Source: Prorocentrum cordatum | Lineage: Eukaryota | NCBI GenBank assembly: GCA_963575745.1 | Contig: CAUYUJ010000115.1 | Span: 620,001 to 669,721, forward strand | DNA length: 49,721 nt | Direction of reading: 5' to 3' | Translations under genes and position numbers: made by a program | Shown here: one piece after another, positions 1 to 12,795 of the stretch | How the letters are laid out: each line of letters starts with the position of its first letter | Position numbering within the stretch: the stretch's first letter is position 1 | Notes under the pieces: generated by a model | What the model was told of the DNA's origin: nothing | Seen by the model: only the letters and a program-made list of their open reading frames with translations | Database searches by the model: none

Positions 1-596
1 TTTGCTCGAGTAACCAGGGTCGCGTTGCATCGGTTCGCGGCGATCCTTGGGCATTTTTTCAGCGAGTCGTAGGTGCTCCTTGACAGGAGATTCAGGGCGC
101 GAGCGCAGGACGTGGCTCGGCAATTCGGACGCGCCGCCGCGGTTGTCACGCAAGAGAGCAACAACACTTTACTGAAAGGCTCGTTTCCTTCTGAGCCAAT
201 AGCTCCTTAAACGTAATAGTGTGAATTTTCCGCTTCCAATATTGTTCATTTTGAACCGGACCCGCTGCCCGCGCCGCCGCGGACGTTGTTCAGTGAAATC
301 AAAAAACAACCTGCCCAGCAGCGGCAGCTGTCGGCTTTGGACAACGTGTGTAGTTGAGCATTGTGCCCCTTGTTTTTCTACCTGTATCGGGCGTCCAAAC
401 GGGGGGGGCGGTGAGGAGGGATGATCCGGGAAACGTGACACCCGAGGAAGGAAGTAGGGCGGGGTGGGGAGGGGGGGAGGGGATGGGGAGGGAGGGAAGG
501 GGACCGGGGCAACGTCAGACCCGAGTTCGCCTGAACTCGGGTTTTCCGAGGCGCGGCGCGAGGGGGTGGGGAACCTGGGCCTCCCATGTGGGGTCC

Positions 597-773
597 GAGT
601 AGATGGGGTCAGAGGATCGCGCCGCATCGCCGATGCATCGGCGATGCGGTTCGATTTGGAGCACGGTTTTCTCCACGCTGGCGTCGCCGATGCATCGCCG
701 ACGTCGCCAGGTCATTGCCGATGCATCGGTGATGCATCGACGATGCGCCGCGATCCTCCGACCCATTCTGCTC
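597..773. repeat. ~180-bp foldback (MITE-like) element with ~43-bp imperfect terminal inverted repeats and internal GATGCATC palindromes
   Basis: GAGTAGATGGGGTCAGAGGATCGCGCCGCATCGCCGATGCATC at 597 closely matches the reverse complement of GATGCATCGACGATGCGCCGCGATCCTCCGACCCATTCTGCTC ending at 773; GATGCATC recurs internally. Confidence 0.6.
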
Positions 774-1359
774 CGAGCCTTTTTTGATTGCCTCTAGTGG
801 GAAGGGGGTGAGGGCAGGAGGATCGGGGAAACTTAAGACCCGACCGAGTTTGGCGATATCAGGAGTGCCGACGCGTTTTGATGTTTCCGTCTTGGGGAGT
901 AACGGTCCAGGTTTCGTCGGAAGTTCGCAGTGGGGGTTCCCGTCAAAGTGCGCTGATTGTTTATTTATCCGCGGACGCCTACCGTAGTGGACCTGTACCT
1001 TCCCAAAAGACTCATCGCACCGTGCTTCGTACATAGGAGGAGGGGGGAGGAGGAGGAGGAGGACGAGGAGGAGGAGGAGGAGGAGGAGGATCATAAGGTG
1101 GCGCATGAGCGGGAGGAAGAGCAGGAGGAAAGGAGGAGGAGGAGGAAGGAGGAGGACGGCGAGGATGAACAGCAGCAGCGGGAATTGGAGCGGAAAGAGT
1201 CGGAGGAACAGGAGGACCAGTGGAAGGCGGATGAGGGCAAATGAGGGGCACGACAACGATGAGGAAGGTTTCGGATACACAACAGTGACCCGCGCTCGGG
1301 CGAGAACGCCATTCTGAATAAAGGGAGCAAAGCGCCGATCCGACATGAGGGTAACGCTG

Positions 1360-2445
1360 AGGCTGGGGGTGTCAGACGTGGTGGAGGTCAGGGAGGGGGG
1401 GGTCCAAGTCGGATTTCTGCGAGTCGAGTGGCCCCTAAGGAGACACCCGCCCTGCACAACTCCGACCTGGACCTCCCTCCCCGACCCCCTCCCCGACCAC
1501 GCCCGACACCCCAAGACTCTTGCAGCCTCTGGGCATAGGTTTTGTTGGGGCCACTCGTCCTGCACAGATCCGACCTGGACCCCCTGCCCCAAGGTCTAGC
1601 CCTTTCCCGGGACCTCCACCACGCCCGACACCCCCAGCCCCCTGCAGCCTCCGCGCGTGGCCGTGTAGGGGCCGCGCTCACCCTGCTAACATCTGACCTG
1701 GCCCCCCCTGCCCCGACCTCTTCCCTGGCCTCCACCAAGCCCGACACCCCCAGACTCCGACAGCCTCTGGGCATAGGTTTTTATGGGCCACCCACCCTGC
1801 AAACATTCAACCTGGCCCCCCCCACCCCGAACCCCTCCCTGACCTCCACCACGCCCAACACCCCTAGCCTCCTGCAGCCTCTGGCCATAGGTGCTAAGGG
1901 GCCATCCCCTAAGGAGAGGCCCACCCTGCACAAGTCCGACCTGGACCTCCCATCCCGACCCCCTCCTTGACCTCCACCACTCCCGGCACACCCAGCTCCC
2001 TGCACCCTTTGGGCACAGGTTTTTCTGGGCCACCCAACCTGTGCAACTCCCCCGCCCCGACCCCCTTCATGACCTCACCACGCCCGACACCCAGGCTCTT
2101 GCAGCACTTGGGCATCGGATCTGAGGGACAACCTGCCTTACAAACGTCCAACCTGGACCCCCCGTCCCAACCCCGTCCTTGTTCTCCACCACGCCCGATA
2201 CCTCCAGCCTTTGGCAGCTTCTGGGCGTAGGTTCTTAGAGGCCACGCACCCTGCAAAACATCCGACGTGGTCCCCCCTGCCCGGCCCCCTTCCTGACCTC
2301 CACCAAGCCCAACACCCCCAGCTTCTTGCAGCCTCTTAGCAGGTTTCAAAGGGCAACTCACCCTGCGCAAGTCCGACCTGGACCCCCCGCCCCGACCACT
2401 CCCTGACCACCACGCCCGACACCCCCAGCCTCCTGCAGCTTCTGG
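1360..2445. repeat. Degenerate ~110-bp tandem repeat (about 9 units) preceded by one inverted unit
   Basis: Recurrent CCCTGCACAA..CCGACCTGGACC...CCACCACGCCCGACACCCC...CTGCAGCCTCTGGGCATAGG blocks from ~1450; 1360-1435 resembles the reverse complement of a unit. Confidence 0.75.
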
Positions 2446-2695
2446 GGTGCGCGTGGTGGTGCTGGTTGCTGTCGTGCTGGTCAAAGAGGTACCGCTGGTG
2501 TCGCTTGTGCTGCTGGCGCTGCTGCTGGTGGCGCCGGTGGTGGTGGTGCTGCTGCACCCGTGCGCAGGGGGCTGCCGCTTCTGGCAGTGCTTGTCTCGGT
2601 GGCCGGTTGCGCCAGAGATGGTGCGCGGGTGCACCGGGACGCTTCGCCCGCGATTGCGACGGATAATCTCGCCTTACCGTTGGCCACATCCATTG

Positions 2696-3008
2696 TTCGC
2701 CTCGGCGCTGGCCACATCCATGATTGCGAATGTTGATTTCACCTCAGCGCCGGCCACACCAATGATTGAGATCGCTGTTCTCGCCTCAGGGCCAGCCACA
2801 TCCCTGATCACGAACGTCACTCTCGCCTCAGCACCAGCCACATCCATGACTACGCAGGTGCTCTAGCCTCAGCGCCGGCCGCAGACATGATTGCGAATGC
2901 CGCTTTCGCCTCAGCGCTGGCCGCATCCATGAGTACGACAGGTTCTCTCGCCTCAGCGCCGGCCGCAGGCATGATGGCGAATGTCGTTCTCGCCTCAGTG
3001 CTGGCCAG
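2696..3008. repeat. 42-bp tandem repeat, 8 units
   Basis: Core (G/A)CCTC(A/G)G..C.(G/A)GCC at 2699, 2741, 2783, 2825, 2866, 2908, 2950, 2992 (period 42, one of 41). Confidence 0.85.
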
Positions 3009-3629
3009 ATTCTTCAGCGGAGCCGAAGAGGGATCAGTGGTACATTTGGCATTTCTGCATTGCACGTTGCTGTGTCGCTTCATTCCCGTGCGTCAATCGC
3101 CCACTGTGTGTGTCTACCCCGTCCAGCTCCACCGACAGGGCACGGCCTCTTGCCGGCCCACGCCACACCGCCTGCGCCGCATCGACGGGCCTCGGAGGGC
3201 AACACACACGTTGGCGCTGACGCGCGACGTGTGTTCGTGCCCGCGTAGCGGTGTTTCATGAATTCTTTCGCCGATCGGCGCGGGCCCCCGCCCCCTGCCC
3301 AACAGGCCAGATCTCGGCTGCATTGGGCAGTTGCCTCTGGCTACTAGTCGGGACCCCAACCGCTCACTGTGCGTGCCCGACCGGTCAAAGCAGATCTACT
3401 AGGCTCACTGCGATGAGGATCGTATGATCGACATCGATTTCGGTCCGACTTCCGGACCCCGCGCCCTCGCCCGCGCGCGGGCAGGAACACCCGGACTGGG
3501 TGATCAGGAGCTCCGCGCTGCAGGCGCCCGCCGTGCCCCAGTGCAGCGCCGCCAGTGCAGCGCCGATGCGAGTAGTCCACGTGGGCCTCCGAAAGTTTCA
3601 CGAGGCACCCCGCACTTGCCGAGTGAGGG

Positions 3630-3815
3630 GTGGGCGCGGGGCGGGTCGCGGGTGGGTCGCGGGTGGGTCGCAGGCTGGGTCGCGGGGCGGGTCGCGGGCC
3701 CCGCGCCCGCCGAGTGAGGGGGCGGGCGCGGGGCGGGTCGCGGGTGGGTCGCGGGCTCGGTCGCGGGCTCGGTCGCGGGGCGGGTCGCCCGCGGGTGGGT
3801 CGTAGGCGGGTCGCG
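3630..3815. repeat. GGGTCGCG(GG) short-unit minisatellite
   Basis: Repeated GGGTCGCGGG / GGGTGGGTCGC. Confidence 0.7.
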
Positions 3816-6800
3816 AGCAGCAACGACGACAGCGCAACAGGCGATGACGACGATGCCCCGCATCGGCAGGGCATCGGGGCGAGGGCATCCAGCAGAGTCG
3901 GTGGGCATCCGGCAGTCATCCCGCAGCGTACCAGCAGTCACTTTGCAATCGAAGGCCAATTCGCGAATCTTCCGACGGTCTCGATGATCCTCAGGACGGG
4001 TGTTTATTGGGTTCCGATTCCCCATTCGCACGCAGCTTGTGCCGCCTGCGTCGCATTGGAGGGCTTTGGTGGACAGGCACACGATGGCGCTACCACACTT
4101 TCTGATAACCATCGACAGTCAATCAGCAGCCAGTCTGAGGAGAGCTTCTTCGCGGACCCACGTCGTCCTGAGCCTGACCCCCAGGGGTGTGTGGCCCCTG
4201 GTCGCGCCCCCGGTGGTGCCTCTCATGGAGAGTCTGGGGGATACTTGCAAACTTCGCTTGCGCACGGGAAGTCCTGGCGCCAAGGGCTCCCCCCCAAACA
4301 AAAAAGCCCAAGCAGAGTGGTAGGATGAGTCGGAGAGACGAAGGAAAAGGAAGAGGGAGTATAAGGAGGAGCAGGAGGAGGAGGAGCAGGAGCAGGAGGG
4401 TGAGGAGGAGGAGCAGGCGGAGGGAGGAGGAGGAGGAGGAGCGGATGTTGCGGGGAAGGAGGAGGAGGAGGAGGAAGAGAAGAGCAAGAGGACGCTGTTT
4501 ATGCCAGCGCTGCAGACGATGCGCTGGGCTCGTGGTGTGAGCGACAGGCGCGGTCTTCCGCGAGGTGGGGATGATGCGGCAGACGGCCCACGGGAATGAG
4601 AACGATGGGGGAGGGGGACGGGAAGCAGAATGAGGGGTCAGGCGTGGGGGGTCGAGTAGGTGAATGAGGAATGGGGAAGGAGGAAGGGAGGGTATAGGAG
4701 AGGGGCGAATGATGAAGATGAGGAGCCCGCGAGGGGCGACCGTTTGGTAGGCGACGGCTCCCGAGCAACCGCGGAGCGGCGGAACCGTCCTGAGGCCCGC
4801 GTCGTGCCTCTTGGAGATGTGCCAGAAGCTATTTTGAGCCATCTTCGTCTTTCTGTTGAACCATGTTCCAGGCCATCATACTGGAGCATCGGATGCCCTC
4901 TTGGAGCCATCTTGAGCCATCTCGGGCGCCCCGACACTTCGCGCCCCCCCCCCCAACTAACCAAAATCTCAGGGAGGGAAGGGGGATAATGCCCCTCACT
5001 CAAGGGGCGAGAGCTGTTCTGGAAGAGGAGAAAGAGATCGCCAGGCCACCTTAGCCCAAAGGGCTGCTGGGATCCTATACCTTGCAACAGCGCTAGCGCA
5101 GTGTCGTCTCTTAGACGGAGGCCGACCATGCATGCAGCATTGCGTAAACTTCCCGCGGAGAGGCTATCCTTTCTATGCTGTTGGCCATGTTGTCGGCCTG
5201 GGTGAGCCTTCGGGTAAGGTCGCCACGCCGCTGTCGCAAGGTCCTCTTTTTGGTGCCTCTCATCGTTTTGGTTGACGTGGAAATCATACATTTCAGACAC
5301 GCTGTCGACCTGCGCCGAGAGGGAAGGGGAGGGCGGGCGAATTCTCAGCGTTCTAGCGTACGCGTCCCAACTCAGAGCAATGTTGATTGCAGATTGGCTC
5401 AAGGAGACGTGCTGGGGTGCAACTTTTGTCGTGTGGTGTGACGTTGATATCAGTCCTGGCAGTCGCTGCGGGACTGGGGTGACCGTCGGATCCAAGAGTT
5501 CGTTGTCGATTTTTGTTGGCGGGCACCGTTCAACCCTTCAGGGCAGCCCAGTGTTGTCAAATGTTGCGCGGCGGTTGCGCGACGACGGTGGGCGCACCGA
5601 CGGGGCCTCTGATGTGGGCCGTGGCCCCCTGAACGGGCAGGTAGACCTCCCTTGGCCTCTCTCGCGGCCCGCGGTGACTTCGGGAGTTCTGTGCGAATTG
5701 CTTGATTTGAGTGTCGCGGTTGCGCAGTGCGTTTCGAGTTTCCTTGGCTTCTGTGACGAGCGAAACCGCGTGAACCAGTGTAAGTTTTCAGACCACAGCC
5801 ACAGTCGCATGGGGTGAAGGCATACATGTTAATCCCTCTTCGCACGATGACCATTGGAACGCGCGGAAGGACGTTATAGAAAGGAGCGTGCTTGAAGCCA
5901 GATGCGCGCGCGTCGAATGTAAAGCAGAGTGGATATGAACGCGAATGCTTTTAGTTTCCATCTCAATGTTTTAATTATGTTTGAATAAGTTGCCCCTGCA
6001 TCGCACATCCAGGTTAACGTTTTCAGACAAAACACTGTGTGTTCGTTTATTTTTTTGTCGATTCATATTTTTCTGTGTGTTCATTCTCAGTTCTTTGTCA
6101 AAAAAGACCGTGCGGCCAGTCAATCGAGTTTCGGCAGTTGTCGTCAACACATCGTAGGCGGAGGGTTTCTGGTTTAGTCGAGATGTCGTTGTTATTTTCA
6201 GGGGGCGGGTGCCCTTGAATATTGGTTTATGTTGTCTTTGTTTTTCATGTCAAATCGGTTCCACGCGTGCGTGCCAGTAGTGATGGTGATACTGTGGTGA
6301 CAGCCCCGTGCTCGTTGTCATGGCCTTCGCAGTTGCCATGCATCTCTTGTGTGTTCACGTGCTCCCCCTTTCTGATCCTGGCGTTCCAGCTGTCTGCTGC
6401 AAGCCGCAGTGGCGCGCAGCAGTTCTGGATGAGGAGCAGGGGGATCTTGTCAGGGGGGCAAGAGGTACTGATAACGAGAAGCTCCAAGATTTCCAGGATT
6501 TCTTATAATATATATAGAGAGACATATATGTATATATACACCCTAACGTTCTACACGGGCTGCAGAAACGAGGTCCGCTGGATACCCCGGAAATCATGGA
6601 ACGCTTCTTGACCCAATCCTATCATGACATTCTCGTCCTAGCTGGAATCCGCTCCAGTTCAGTGCCTCCCTTGTCTCTCCTGCGCACCTCGTGGAGAAAC
6701 CAAGAGGAGCCGACACTGTGCCGCTGCTCCCTGTACCTTTCCGGGGGTGCGTTCTGACCAGGATTCCGAGGCGAAGCCAGCGATGGCGACGAGGGCCTTC

Positions 6801-9685
6801 CATCAAGGGAGGAAAACCACCCGGACCCGACAATCGGCGTTTACAACATGGCCCTGGGCGTTTATGAATCAGCCCTGCCCTGTTCGATGCCTTCTGTGGG
6901 TGCGTTTGCTGAACGTCTTCGCGTGTCGGGGTCATCCTCATGGGAGGTGAATTTTCTGCCCTCCCATCCCAGGGGGCCCAGAAAGGGGAGACGAGGCAAG
7001 GGTAGCAGTGTGGGCACCTTTTCTTCCACCGACCTCGCTCGCCAGTCTCTCCAGGGCCCCCACCGGCGCTCCGTGCCGCGCGGCTGGGTCGGGGCGCCGA
7101 GGTGCTCTCGCAGCTGGTGGCGCACAGGGGCGAGGAGCCTCGAGAGAGGGGGCCACGGGCGTCGGGCGTGTCCGTGTCCATGCTCTCGCAGGCTCGGGGG
7201 AGGGAGAGGCGACACCGCCACCCCCAGGGGGGGGGGGGCACCTCCATGGGGCGATCGCAGACATGGAGTAAAGGGGGCGTGGATTAGCGACGGGTCCCGC
7301 TTCCAGGGGGAATCGCGGGTTTCCGCCGCCGAAGGAGGCGGCATTGGCCGCATTGTGGGGAGGGCACCTCCCCCGAGCCATGGATTTGGCGACCGCGCGC
7401 CTGATCCATGGGTCGCTAATCCATGGTTGCGCGCCCCCGACTCCGGCGAGGAGCTCCACCATGCTTCCCCGAGCTGGGGGCAGGGGACGTCTCGAGCGAG
7501 AGGGGGGGGCCACACCACCAGGGGGACCCGCCCTGGCTCCTCCCGCTGGTGGTCCCTGGTGGTGGTGGTGTCGCTTGTCCTTGTTCGTGCGGGCTGGGCG
7601 CCGGGGCGCGATGCTCTGGATCAGGCTTGTGTTCGCCGAAAGTTTAGACTTTCACCGACAGTTGTTGTGTTTGGCGTTTAGCGGCCGTTAGCGTCGAATA
7701 GGGGATGATTGGTGGACGGTCGGCGCGGGGCGCATGCCGCTGTTTGCAGCTGATCGGCTGCCGCTATTTGACGCCATTGGCCGCTAACCCGCCATAATCC
7801 TGACTATGGTAGCCTTCCATGAAAGCGAACAGAGAGATGGACGCGCGACCCCCTGGAATCTAGACTGCTCCGCGCTGGCCATCCGCGCAGAGCCGCCCGG
7901 TATCCACAGGATCGCGGCCCAGAAGTTCGAACAGCGAGGTTGTGAGTACGGACCTGTCTCTTGCCCAGGAAGTGTGAGGGAGCGAGGGGAGCAGTGGCCA
8001 GTAGCCGTCGTAGTAGATGTAGCTGTTGCACCAGGTTCCCCTGCCTGGGCGGAGCGTACGTGCACATGAGCGCACAAAAAAACGGGTTCGACTGCGTCGA
8101 CATTCGCGCGTAGGCTGCCCGGGCAAGGTCGCGTGTAAGTGATCTCGTTTCCAATGTGGCGTGCCGCGCTGGCGGCCCGCGTAAGCCGCGGCGCAGGGTC
8201 GCTAAATCATCTCGCTTCAGAGCTGTTCCTTTTCGCCGCTCAGATGGAAGGCAACATTGGGACCGTTCTACGGTCGAGCCAGATCTGCATTCGAAATGGA
8301 AGTTGTGGGCATCTGCGCCGCCGCGGCCCAGAGCTTCTCAGCTGACTCAACACGCGGATGTGGAACAACCCGAGCAAGAGCGCTCGCCTTGATAGCTAAT
8401 TGTGCGTCATGTCGACCGGCGGCGTTCCCGAACGCTGATCGCCGCCGGCGACCCGGAATTGGTCGATGCTGAACGATTTGATGCTTCGGGAACGGTTGAT
8501 CGTTCAAGGTTGGACGATCCCCGCGGAGTCTGAAACCAACGACCAGGTCGGTGTCGACATTGCATGCAAGTAGCAGGGAAGCGCGCTGGCGGCGGGCCAG
8601 AGCAAGCGATGACGAATGCGGTTGCCCAGTTTCTCTATTTGGTACTCCTGCACTGTGTTCTCTGCTCCTTTGCTCTAGAGCCTCTGACACATGTTCTGTA
8701 TGAGACAAGTTCGTTCCCTCGCCCCGGGCCCTATGCGGCCTCCAGCAGGTTCCAGTGTCTTGGCAATGTTCGGCTTCCTGGTGAAGTCAAAATTCTATTT
8801 CGTTCTTAACTCGATCCTGGCCAAGCATTCTCTTTCACAAAGAATAGTATGCTGCTGGTAATGGTCAGAGTTCACGTCAAATAGTACCTTGCGGGTCCCA
8901 CACGCGCTCGCGTTTGAGAATCTATGGAAGGCCATGCGTGCGTTGCACACCCGACGAGCATGTCATGTGAAGTCGATGTTTCAACGAACGTGATTATATA
9001 TGCCACACAAGCGCTCAACACTGTCAGAATTGTTTGCGGGTGCACTTGCGAAGTAATCCGATTCCCCAAATAAAGTGAAACACTCCCTTTCGAACGACCG
9101 ACAACAAGCAGTTTTGACATCACATGCCCTGCCCATGGTTGTCGCCGATGGTTGTCGTTCTGAGGTCTGGGGCGTCGACGACCTTGTGCTCCTGCTTTCC
9201 TCGTCTTCGCTCTCCAGTCCTCGTCTTTCCGTCCTCTTCTCGTCGTCCTCCTCTTCCCGCCTCCTCTCCTAGTCTTCGTATTTTTCCTAGTCATATCTCC
9301 TCGTCCATCGTTCCTCCCCTCCTCTTCTTGTCCTCGTCGTCCATCCTCGTCCTCCTCACATCCTCTTCCTCCTTTCTTATTCGTTCATCATTCTTCTCCT
9401 CTCGCTCCATGTTCGTCCCCCCCGACGTCTTGCCTGCCTCCCCTCCCCTCTCGTGTCATTACCGTCTCCCTCATCTCTCTCCTCTGCAGAGGTTGAGAAG
9501 ACCAAGCGAAATCATTGTCAGGGACTCATTATACCGTCGTCGCAATCGTCACCCTATTACATCATCGCCGGTTTTGTCGGTCCGAGCAAGATCGGATATC
9601 GCATCTCCGTGGTAACGGCGTCTGCTGCTTTGGTGGCGGGTTGGGGGGGGACCCGCGGCAGCGGGGGTCGCTTTGGCCAGCTGCC

Positions 9686-12271
9686 ATGGCAAACGAATCG
9701 TTCGCCCAAATCATCAAAAGAAGCATCGCGTACCGAGCTCGATTCAGGGTTGAGTCGAAGAAGGTCGTGGCGCCGTTTCAGATTGTGCCTCATCCTCAGA
9801 ACCGCGGCGGCGATCCAGTGAAATCGTTGCGTACGAACCAAATTATATATAGCATCATGAAGGATGGGTACGAACCCATAGATGCAAACAGCAACGGTGT
9901 GCTCGTGGAAGAAAAACCCGTGTTGGCGGGGGGCAGCGACACAGTCATACAAGACAACTTCGCGAAGGAGATCTTGTTAGATCTGGACATGGCCCTGCAT
10001 AACACATCCCGCCAGCCAGCGAAGTATGGTAGTTTGTCGCACAGCCATCTGAATTGTTCTTTCCGCAACATCTTGGGCAACAAAAAAAGGATGCGAGTGC
10101 TCAGGGACCCGCGGTGGCGGGGCCGAGCAGGCCAAGTGTGATTGCAAGTTTTCGACACTTTTGGACGAAAAGGGAAACTACATGTTGGAGAAAGTGCGAG
10201 CTCACGATGGTGAGTGGGGTTCTCAGTGCGAAGGCGGCCTGGAGTGGGAGATTCTGTCTTGGAGGATGGACGAAGAGGAGCCCGAAGCAGCTCTAGTAAT
10301 CAGCATCGCATTCAACAAGAATAACGAAACTGCCATGAAAACGGGCCACCTGGAGATCCTGTCGACCCTGGTGGGTTCGTGCAAACCAGACCCCCACGGA
10401 TGCGTGCCTTTCGAGCCAGTGAGGGACAAGCTCATCGATTTGTATGGGGCGGAGATCGACCATCCTGACTTCCTGCACCTATTCAAATTGGTGTGTGATG
10501 CAGGAGGGGAGGGCAGTATTCACATGAAAGACCTGTTCTCGTTCACTGGTGTGTTCGTGAACCCGAAGGTGCGCAAAATGCGCATGGAGGCCTATGGCGC
10601 GATTGCGCCCTACCCTGAGGAGTTCCCCAAACTCAAGAACGCTCGCCTCAAGTGGGCTTGGAAGCAGCCGCCCGCCAGAGGGTTTTGCCAGATCCCCCCC
10701 AGCATTGCGCACAGATTCAACAAGGAATCGAGGTTCCAGATGTATGATTTCTTGAAGGAAGTAGAGGGTGCATTCCTGCAGCTGGGAAAAATGGCATCCG
10801 CGGTAGTGGGGGGGGCCGACTTCCGAGAAGTTGCGGTGCAAGTGGATTGCGGAGGTGGAGGTCAATGTCATGGCAAAAATCCGCAGAAATGCGCTATCTA
10901 CCGCTGCCCCCCCTGCTCGTCAGCATCGTCCTCTCCCCTTCTTCCCCTCGCAATTGTACTCCTCCCCTCCCCTCAACGTCCGTTTCCCCCACCTCTCCTC
11001 AAGAGTGGTTCTGTCCCTCACCTCCCTCACCTCCCCTCGTCGTTCGTTCTTCCTGCTCTTGCATGTTGTTCCCCTCCCCCCATTTCCGTCGGAAGCAGTT
11101 CGAGACCCCTCCGCTCCCATAGTGGGGCTGTCTGATTTTCGCGGCCCCGAAGAATCCCAGCGACGGCGAGTCTGTCAGGGAGCAGGAGGGCGCGATCGCA
11201 AAGGATTGCAGCTCATTCATCGCGACCAAGCTACGGGAGTTGATGTCATTGGGAAAGGCTGGGTTGACAAAGGCGGACATGCCTCAGTTTCCGCGGGAGA
11301 CGGACCTGATGCAGGAAGTAGGGAAATTGCGGGACGACCCGAATGATAAGGGGCAATCGCCTTCCCCCGGGCCGAAGGGCAAGAGCTCCGTGGCCACGGA
11401 GACTCTGACGCCCAAGGTAATCAAGCAGGACGCAGAAGGGAGGGCTTTGACCGCGCACGAGACAGTGTCTGCCGCAGTAGGAGTAGCGAACGGGGACAAA
11501 GTGGATACCATTCCATGGCGCGAGTGGGCGCGCTCTGCCTGCGCCTCGGACGACAAGCAGATTGCCAAGCAGGCACTGGCGTTTGCCATGTCCGCTAACC
11601 ACGACCACATGACATGCGAAATCCCTATCGCGATGATCAAGAGCGGCAGCGTGGTCAAGGCCGTGGCCACGAGAGACATTCCCGTGGGGCACTTGAAGGT
11701 GCCATTGTGGTTCAAGAAGGACGCGCCCATGGTCATGGAGGGGCCGGGCGTCTTCATCCACCCGAAAGCCGCGTGCGCAGAGGTGTCGTGGGTAAAAACC
11801 ATTACCGAGGCAGAAGAAGTAGCTGGCGTCGAAAGCGGGGAAGAGGTGGTCGTGAGGATTCACGTCCAGCCTGAGCTCAGACTCCCGAAGGAGGGTGACG
11901 CAGGGTTCGTATGGGACCCGAGGGACTCAGTCCACCCGTTCTGGTTCATCAAGCGCAGTGACCACAAGGGGAACGCCGTCACAGACCACCACTGCGAGGC
12001 GAACGCCTCCGTGGTGATGGAGACGGTGAAACAAGTTTGGGCGAGTGATTACGTTCATCTGAAGACTGCCGAGGCCGAGGTGGCTCCTATGGTGTCCACG
12101 TATTCAGTGAAGCTGCCGTGCATCGTCAGCAAGGCCCCAATCAAGGCGGGGCAAGAGGTTGTCGTACAATTTGACGGCGCTCCCACGACGAAGAAACAAA
12201 AAGCCACGACGCAGCAGACCGCCTTCGACCAGATCGCGGCGCCCCAGAAGAAGAAGCCGAAAAAGAAGTGA
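9686..12271 (+). pseudogene. Protein with N-terminal ParB/Srx-like domain and C-terminal SET-like domain; frameshifted and interrupted
   Basis: ATG at 9686. N-terminus IVPHPQNRGG...SIMKDGY...GSLSHSHLN (ParB-like). Frameshift at the A-run ~10082, then GLEWEILSW...ISIAFN. Frameshift at the G-run ~10810 and a ~250-bp pyrimidine-rich insert/intron ~10881-11134. C-terminus KAVATRDIPVG...PFWFIKRS...EAN...PCIVSKAPIKAGQEVVV (SET-like). Domain calls by motif recognition only. Confidence 0.55.
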
Positions 12272-12347
12272 GTAGGTCGGGTCTCGATCCGCGGTGGCGG
12301 AGCGATTCACCACATACCAGCGCTCCGAGGCAGAGAGCGCCGCGCGC

Positions 12348-12538
12348 AGAAAAGTCGACCTGTAAATCCAAAAACTGAATGAAACTTTTCTGTGGCTCTT
12401 TAAGGAGGCCGACGGCGGCCGGGTCACCCGCGAAAGCGTTGGGGAGTTCTGTAGAGTCAACAATGGAAAAGTCGACCTGTAATTCCAAAAACTGAATTCA
12501 ACTTTTCTGTGGCTCTTCAAGGAGGCCGACGGCGGCCT
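12348..12538. repeat. 1.6 copies of the 117-bp repeat also arrayed at 19064-19660
   Basis: AAAAGTCGACCTGTAA.TCCAAAAACTGAAT...GGCCGACGGCGGCC with GACC at 12357 and 12474 (period 117). Confidence 0.9.
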
Positions 12539-12795
12539 CCGCCCTTCGTTCCTGCCTTCTCCGCTCTCCTCCTCCTGCCTTTTCCGCCCTCCTCCTTCCT
12601 CCTTTCTGCCCTCCGCTCTCCTGCTCCTGCGTTCCGCTCTCCTCCTCCTGCCTTTTCCCTGTCCCATGTCCTCCGCCCTCCTCCTTTCTCCTTTCTGGCG
12701 TCCTCCTGCCCCTCCGCGCTCCTCCTTCCGCAGCCGCGCAGCCTCGAGCCCCTCTGCCCCATCTTCGTGGTGACGGAGTGTGGGGGAGGGGGGGC

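Noticed and set aside
2696..3008. CRISPR-like repeat-spacer array
   Set aside because: Repeats are degenerate and the variable parts are homologous to each other; the period fits a coding repeat
3020..9500. Numerous short ORFs in this interval
   Set aside because: No recognisable motifs or consistent coding signal; small exons cannot be excluded
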